Shown here piece after piece: positions 15,340 through 20,392 of a stretch of 20,392 bases of DNA (the first letter of the stretch is position 1; the number at the start of each line of letters is the position of its first letter). Source of the DNA: Raphidiopsis brookii D9. Lineage in GTDB: Bacteria > Cyanobacteriota > Cyanobacteriia > Cyanobacteriales > Nostocaceae. Under the pieces are notes generated by a model. The model was given only the letters and a program-made list of their open reading frames with translations, did not search any database and was not told the DNA's origin. The stretch covers positions 1 through 20,392 of the forward strand of contig ACYB01000023.1 in NCBI GenBank assembly GCA_000175855.1, given 5' to 3'. The translations under genes and the position numbers were made by a program.

Positions 15340-16212
15340 ATGAAGTCAGTAGAGATTGGAATTATTGGTGGCAGTGGTTTATACAAAATGTCAGCATTAC
15401 AAGATGTGGAAGAACTAGATATTAAAACCCCCTTTGGTTCCCCATCTGACAGGATTATTGTGGGTACCTTAGCGGGAGCAAGAGTAGCATTTTTAGCTAG
15501 ACATGGTCGCAATCATGCCCTCTTACCTAGTGAATTACCATTCCGTGCCAATATTTATGCTATGAAGCAGCTGGGGGTTAAATACCTACTTTCAGCTAGT
15601 GCTGTTGGTTCCTTGAGAGCGGAGGTAAAACCATTGGATATGGTGATTCCTGATCAGTTTATTGACCGGACTAAAAATCGTGTTTCTACCTTTTTTGGAG
15701 AAGGAATTGTCGCCCATATTGCCTTTGGCAATCCCATTTGCCAAAATTTGGCAGCAGTTCTAGCAGATGCGATCGCATGTTTGAATTTACCCGATGTAAC
15801 TCTTCATCGTGAAGGTACTTATTTATGTATGGAAGGCCCCCGCTTTTCTACCAAAGCGGAATCTAATATGTATCGCAGTTGGGGAGCAACGGTAATTGGC
15901 ATGACCAATTTAACCGAAGCCAAGTTAGCTAGAGAAGCGGAAATTGCCTATGCAACCCTAGCTTTAGTTACTGACTATGATTGTTGGCATCCGGATCATG
16001 ATCATGTAACCGTAGATATGATAATCGCTAATTTACAACACAATGGCATAAATGCTCAACAAGTAATCATAGAAACTGTCAAAAGATTAAATGAAAACCT
16101 TCCCCCAAGTGAGGCCCATTCCGCACTAAAATACGCTATTCTCACAAATTTGGTGGATGTCCCCACAGCAACAAAACAGAAATTAGGTCTGCTACTAGAA
16201 AAATACTTGTAG
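15340..16212 (+). CDS. mtnP: S-methyl-5'-thioadenosine phosphorylase
   Basis: The 290-aa product shows [10 protein letters not shown]...TPFGSPSD...[11 protein letters not shown]...[18 protein letters not shown]...SASAVGSL...MEGPRFST..E...GATVIGMT. This is the MTAP/PNP-family signature throughout. Confidence 0.9.
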   Translation: MKSVEIGIIGGSGLYKMSALQDVEELDIKTPFGSPSDRIIVGTLAGARVAFLARHGRNHALLPSELPFRANIYAMKQLGVKYLLSASAVGSLRAEVKPLDMVIPDQFIDRTKNRVSTFFGEGIVAHIAFGNPICQNLAAVLADAIACLNLPDVTLHREGTYLCMEGPRFSTKAESNMYRSWGATVIGMTNLTEAKLAREAEIAYATLALVTDYDCWHPDHDHVTVDMIIANLQHNGINAQQVIIETVKRLNENLPPSEAHSALKYAILTNLVDVPTATKQKLGLLLEKYL

Positions 16213-16223
16213 CCTGGTCATGT

Positions 16224-18461
16224 TTAAACTGATTGAAAAACAAAATTTAGGCTTGCCCAGTTGTTGACATTTAGTACATAGGAATCAGTGCTGCTCATAC
16301 CACTTTCTGACTTGGGGGTAACACTAGCAACCTGTAAATCCTCTAATATGGCTTGAGTTACATCCAGAGGATTAAATAGTTGACTAATAGACTGTGAATC
16401 TGTAGATTTCTTGTGGGAACTTGCTAAAGCTAATAAAGTTTTAGTAAAAGGAGAAGTGCTGAAAATTAGTTGGTGTTCGCAAAATAATGACTTTTTCGGC
16501 AATAACCAACTAAAACTTTGACCATTCTGGGGAAATTGACGTGATTCTCCTGGAGCAATCACAATCTGCTCTAACTCAGGTTTATTATCAGTCACATTTG
16601 GAGAGGAAATTGCCCATGGGTAAAAAGCTACAGAAGTTTTATGATTATTTAACCCTACTAGCATACAATAAATTGGGCGATCGCCAAAATTGACCACCCG
16701 GTAGACCATGATGCTATTAACCGGAACAGTAGGAACAGCTGCTAATTGGTCTGCAACTCTTTTTTGGTTTTTCCCACTCTGTATGGAAACAGGAGAGGTT
16801 TCCCTTTCCCAGACTAGGTGACGTAAAATTGTACCGGATTGAGAAAAGAGATTTTTGTTAACAACTTCCAAGCTGACTTTCACAGATAATTGAGAAGAAC
16901 CCTGATTTTCTGTCAGTCGCCATAATTTGATTGCCAGTAATTGAGAAAATTTCCTAGTTAGTCTTTGCACTGCCACTTTTACTAATTCTCCCGGTTCCCC
17001 AGCTGTATTCTCTAGGAGTTCACCACCAAGGGAAAATAAACCATAACGAGCGGGGATATCTGATAATTTACCAAAAATATAGTCAGCGCTCCCCTCTGGT
17101 AAAGTGATACTTACCATACGAGTTAAAGCAGAAAAAGCACTGGTAGCATCTACACGCTCAATTCTATCCAGTCCTGAATCTAGACTTACCATGAGGTTAA
17201 TATTGCGAGATAGGACACGTACTGTCTCTTGCACTAATTGACCAACCTGTAAGGGATTACCTGTCGTATCTTGGGCAATTACTTGTGCTTTTGCTGTTAA
17301 ACCGCTACGAGACTTAAAAACTAATTTTTCTCCCCCAACTGCGGTAAATCTGGAATTAACACCATAATTTAACCATACTTGGGGTGGTAATCCTCCCAAC
17401 CATAACTGGGCTGTTTTCCCCTCTGGGTCAATACTGGTAACTACCCCCTGGGCACCAGGAACCGTTATGGGAAAATTCTCGGTAATTAAAGGGGAATTTT
17501 CCTTTGTAGTTAAGGTTAACAAATCTGGTTGTTGACGATTACCTAGTTTATATATATAATTATTAATGTCAGATAAAACAATATGAATAGTTTTGGGCGG
17601 TATAACTTCCCAAAGATACTGGGTTAGGGCGTAGGTAAATAAACCTGCACTAAAACCATAAAATAGGGACTCCCCTGGCGACTGGTCCGGTTGTGAACCA
17701 GCCCTTAGAATTATGGACCTATTCTGACTTGAACTAACCCCGTTGGGCATATTTAAACCTCTACCCTTGGCAATACCATTATTGACAGGCAAACCCCCTC
17801 TTAGGAAATGATCCAAAAAATTCAGCTCTTGGGGATTTAATCTCTTAGTTGAGGGGGTCACCAGGGAGCGAAATCTTAACCCAGAAGGTTGAGTGGTTTT
17901 GGGATAATAACCAGTATCTAACACTGCTGTTACCTTATCAGTGGTAACTAGACCCAATAATAACAACAGGGTTTCTTCTAACAGGTAGTTAGCAAAATTA
18001 TTATCTTCTCTGTTGTTAGATCCATCGGACGCACTTTCATCCACAGGGATTAAAGCATTAGCTCCCCCTGGTAAGTCTTCTAATTGAACACGGGTGCCAT
18101 AACCACTAAAATGGAAGACCACCGCATCATCAGTCTTAACCTGCTTAATCAAATGCTCAGAAATGGCCGCATGAATAAATTCTCGACTAGCTTGTTCCTC
18201 GGTTAAAGTCAGGATATCAGAACTCAAAAACCCAAAACGGTGAATTAACAGTTCTCTTTGTAACTCAACATCGGTTAAGCAACCACTCAATGGAGGACTT
18301 TCTGGGTAGTTATTAATACCTATTAATAGGGCCAATTTGCGATTAGGGGGTGTTGCTAACGCTTCATAATAGCGACCCCCTAAAACTGACCATGCAAGGT
18401 TAATCCATCCTGCAGTTCCCAGTATGGAACCAATTCGTTGTAAAAATCCACGCCGTTTCAT
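16224..18461 (-). CDS. Tat-signal orthocaspase homologue (peptidase C14 p20-like domain) with both catalytic residues substituted
   Basis: The N-terminus MKRRGFLQRIGSILGTAG is a twin-arginine motif. The p20-like region is LALLIGINNYPESPPLSGCLTDV...DDAVVFHFSGYG...AVLDTGYY. The canonical SGHG His is Tyr121 (18099..18101), and the D-x-C-x-SG Cys position reads D-T-G. A long C-terminal region of about 550 aa has unknown function. Confidence 0.75.
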   Translation of the reverse strand: MKRRGFLQRIGSILGTAGWINLAWSVLGGRYYEALATPPNRKLALLIGINNYPESPPLSGCLTDVELQRELLIHRFGFLSSDILTLTEEQASREFIHAAISEHLIKQVKTDDAVVFHFSGYGTRVQLEDLPGGANALIPVDESASDGSNNREDNNFANYLLEETLLLLLGLVTTDKVTAVLDTGYYPKTTQPSGLRFRSLVTPSTKRLNPQELNFLDHFLRGGLPVNNGIAKGRGLNMPNGVSSSQNRSIILRAGSQPDQSPGESLFYGFSAGLFTYALTQYLWEVIPPKTIHIVLSDINNYIYKLGNRQQPDLLTLTTKENSPLITENFPITVPGAQGVVTSIDPEGKTAQLWLGGLPPQVWLNYGVNSRFTAVGGEKLVFKSRSGLTAKAQVIAQDTTGNPLQVGQLVQETVRVLSRNINLMVSLDSGLDRIERVDATSAFSALTRMVSITLPEGSADYIFGKLSDIPARYGLFSLGGELLENTAGEPGELVKVAVQRLTRKFSQLLAIKLWRLTENQGSSQLSVKVSLEVVNKNLFSQSGTILRHLVWERETSPVSIQSGKNQKRVADQLAAVPTVPVNSIMVYRVVNFGDRPIYCMLVGLNNHKTSVAFYPWAISSPNVTDNKPELEQIVIAPGESRQFPQNGQSFSWLLPKKSLFCEHQLIFSTSPFTKTLLALASSHKKSTDSQSISQLFNPLDVTQAILEDLQVASVTPKSESGMSSTDSYVLNVNNWASLNFVFQSV

Positions 18462-18593
18462 AAGTTAACTAGTAGCCCCAAGTCCATCAGCTAATAGCTT
18501 AAATGGCAAAGGGCTAAAGAGTAAAGTTTGAAATTACACTTTCTTAGGTTATCTGTAATTTGCCAAATGTCAACGGGTACCCTGGGTAGTATA

Positions 18594-19853
18594 CTATACT
18601 AAAGCTGGCTTTTCAATACGTATGGCTCGTGCTAATTCTGCTGCCACCTCGGGACGAGAAAACTCAGGTGGTGGCAACTCACCACGACGCAACATTTCTC
18701 TAACCTTTGTACCTGAGAGGTGAACTCGCTCTACTGGAGTACTGGGACTAGTTTTAGTGGTAGCCATTTGTTTCGTACGGGTACAATAGAAAGCATGTTC
18801 AAATTTCATTGGTACAATGCCCAGTTCTGAAGGTTCAAACTCATCGAAGATATATTGGGCATCATAAGTACCATAATAGTCGCCCACACCCGCATGGTCT
18901 CTACCTACTATAAAATGGGTACAACCGTAGTTCTTACGAACTATTGCATGGAAAATAGCTTCCCTAGGTCCAGCATAACGCATAGCAGCAGGGTTAATTG
19001 CTAGAATTACCCGATCTAAAGGATAATAATGCTCAATTAAAATTTCATAGCAGCGCATACGAACATCCGCTGGAATATCATCTTCCTTGGTAGCGCCCAC
19101 CAGGGGATGTAGAAATAGACCATCAACAGTTTCTAAAGCACACTTTTGAATGTATTCATGGGCCCGGTGGATGGGGTTACGAGTTTGAAAGCCCACAATA
19201 GTTTTCCAGCCTTTTTCTCGGAACATTTGTCGAGAAGCTGCAGGGTCTATTTGGTAGGTAGGAAAGTGGGAGTGAGCATCACGTTGCAGTAACCAGATAT
19301 CCCCAGCCAGATTCACAGAACCCTGGGCATATACTACTTGAACTCCCGGATGTTGGGCTTCGTCTGTGCGATAGACATTCACAGCTTCGCGCTTTTTATT
19401 GTAGGCATACTTTTCACTGAGTTCCAAAACGCCAATATATTCACCTTGGGAGTTATCTAGACGTACTAACCCACCCACCTGCAAAGGACTTGCCACTTCT
19501 TCTGTCACAGACAAAGTGATGGGAATTGACCAGACTACACCATTAGCCAGACGCATTTCCTCTACCACGCGGTTGTAGTCCAGCTGGTTCATAAAACCAG
19601 TTAAGGGACTAAAACCACCAATGGCTATCATTTCTAAGTCTGAAACAGCCCGCTCATCCAGGATCACTCTTGGTAAAAACTCAGCTTTAGCAAGAAAAAA
19701 TTCTTTTTGTTCTGGTGAAGCAACTCGGTTGATTAACTGTCCGCCGTGGGGGGCGATCGCATCTCGATGGTAACTCAAGGTGGTCCTTCCGTAATTTAGT
19801 AATTTATAGTTTTGTTGCCAATCAATTAATAGGTTATCAAATGCTTGGTGCAC
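18594..19853 (-). CDS. sat: sulfate adenylyltransferase (ATP sulfurylase)
   Basis: [25 protein letters not shown] and VGRDHAGVG are the ATP-sulfurylase signatures. The listed start is a GTG. The conserved core begins about 30 codons later, so the true start may be downstream (for example the TTG near 19776). Confidence 0.9.
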   Translation of the reverse strand: MHQAFDNLLIDWQQNYKLLNYGRTTLSYHRDAIAPHGGQLINRVASPEQKEFFLAKAEFLPRVILDERAVSDLEMIAIGGFSPLTGFMNQLDYNRVVEEMRLANGVVWSIPITLSVTEEVASPLQVGGLVRLDNSQGEYIGVLELSEKYAYNKKREAVNVYRTDEAQHPGVQVVYAQGSVNLAGDIWLLQRDAHSHFPTYQIDPAASRQMFREKGWKTIVGFQTRNPIHRAHEYIQKCALETVDGLFLHPLVGATKEDDIPADVRMRCYEILIEHYYPLDRVILAINPAAMRYAGPREAIFHAIVRKNYGCTHFIVGRDHAGVGDYYGTYDAQYIFDEFEPSELGIVPMKFEHAFYCTRTKQMATTKTSPSTPVERVHLSGTKVREMLRRGELPPPEFSRPEVAAELARAIRIEKPALV

Positions 19854-19950
19854 TGTGCAAGTTAGGGAAATCTCAAACCTTGAAAAAGTACAGCATCATC
19901 TCGAAAGATAATAGTTATTTCCTGCTTGACTAGTTGGCTTGAATATGTCT

Positions 19951-20381
19951 ATTATGTAGGTTATCTATATACTCTTAGTTGCTGTAATGTTCCTGGGAAT
20001 TATTGGTGCTGTAGTTCCAGTTATCCCTGGAAGTAGCTTGATTTTGATATCTATTATCATTTGGGGAATCGTGAGTAATTCCTTTGCTGCCATTAAAATT
20101 CCTCTGATTGTAACAATCATTGTTTTACTTCTAAGTACGGGAGTTGGTTTTTTTGCTGGTTATATTGGTGCGAAACAAGCCGGTGCTAGTAAGTGGGGAC
20201 AAATTGGCGCATTTGTGTTATTAATGGGATTTTTCGGGTTATTACCCACTTTATCTTTTGGTGGACCATTATTAGGTATTCTATTTGGACCTCTATTAGG
20301 AGCAATTGTAGGTGAGTTCCTTTATCAAAGACGATTATGTCCTGCGGTGAAAGCTGGTATTGGAATTACTGTGGGAACACT
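19951..20381 (+). repeat. second copy of the DUF456 gene segment 13638..14071
   Basis: Hand alignment gives about 23 substitutions plus one 3-nt deletion (GGT, the Gly in GAFVGLLMG) over about 430 nt. Homology starts 3 nt before the ATG and stops at 20381, 11 nt before the window ends. Confidence 0.9.
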
Positions 20382-20391
20382 ACCAAAGTGA
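19987..20391 (+). CDS. DUF456-like paralogue, shortened at both ends (possibly a pseudogene)
   Basis: The ancestral ATG at 19954 is followed immediately by TAG (CAA in copy 1). The ORF restarts at the Met equivalent to Met12. It diverges after ...ITVGTL and stops at 20389..20391, against 172 aa in copy 1. Within the open part, synonymous differences (~10) and non-synonymous differences (~9) are about equal in number. Confidence 0.5.
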   Translation: MFLGIIGAVVPVIPGSSLILISIIIWGIVSNSFAAIKIPLIVTIIVLLLSTGVGFFAGYIGAKQAGASKWGQIGAFVLLMGFFGLLPTLSFGGPLLGILFGPLLGAIVGEFLYQRRLCPAVKAGIGITVGTLPK

Positions 20392-20392
20392 A

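Noticed and set aside
15156-15512. 118-aa minus-strand ORF
   Set aside because: It overlaps the 5' end of mtnP on the opposite strand and spans the dps-mtnP intergenic region. mtnP's frame is strongly supported, so this ORF is spurious.
15183-15776. An exact 19-nt repeat, TTCTAGCAGATGCGATCGC, at 15183..15201 (intergenic) and 15758..15776 (inside mtnP). CAGATGCGATCGC also occurs at 14556..14568
   Set aside because: All copies are centred on HIP1. Extended HIP1 contexts recur in cyanobacterial genomes, and there is no flanking structure suggesting a mobile or regulatory element.
1-20392. Search for a CRISPR array (two or more 25-40-nt direct repeats with unique spacers) anywhere in the window
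   Set aside because: None was found by eye in any intergenic region. The only repeated sequences are the cassette/DUF456 duplications and the HIP1 octamers.

Overview
The window looks like cyanobacterial chromosome. It is AT-rich, carries seven copies of the HIP1 octamer GCGATCGC, and encodes an orthocaspase, Dps, MTA phosphorylase and ATP sulfurylase.

- **Type III-B-like cassette (984-8041, minus strand).** This compact CRISPR-Cas effector cassette encodes a short HD-less Cas10/Cmr2 with an intact GGDD motif, Cmr3, Cmr4, a Cmr5-like small subunit, a double-RAMP Cmr6-Cmr1-like fusion, and a CARF-HEPN (Csx1/Csm6-family) RNase. No CRISPR array, cas6 or cas1/cas2 lies in the window. As sequenced, cmr3 and cmr4 are each broken by a one-nucleotide frame error inside a homopolymer run.
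- **Kinase-WYL gene (8377-10560).** This is the most unusual gene and is transcribed divergently from cas10. Its 727-aa product fuses a T4-Pnk/Pnkp-type P-loop polynucleotide kinase, two winged-helix-like repeats, and a WYL plus C-terminal-extension sensor module.
- **Downstream genes and duplication.** Next come a membrane protein / vWA lipoprotein / membrane protein cassette, a DUF456-like membrane protein, an IS1-type transposase stub, and a collapsed 'ghost' second copy of the cassette. The DUF456 partner that this ghost lacks reappears 5.4 kb further on at the right edge. Four housekeeping genes therefore sit inside a split duplicate: dps, mtnP, a Tat-signal orthocaspase with both catalytic residues replaced, and sat.
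- **HIP1 distribution.** HIP1 is completely absent from 238-13043 and occurs six times in the last 7.3 kb, which suggests the cas/kinase-WYL/vWA block is compositionally foreign.

All family assignments rest on motif recognition by eye. No searches were run.
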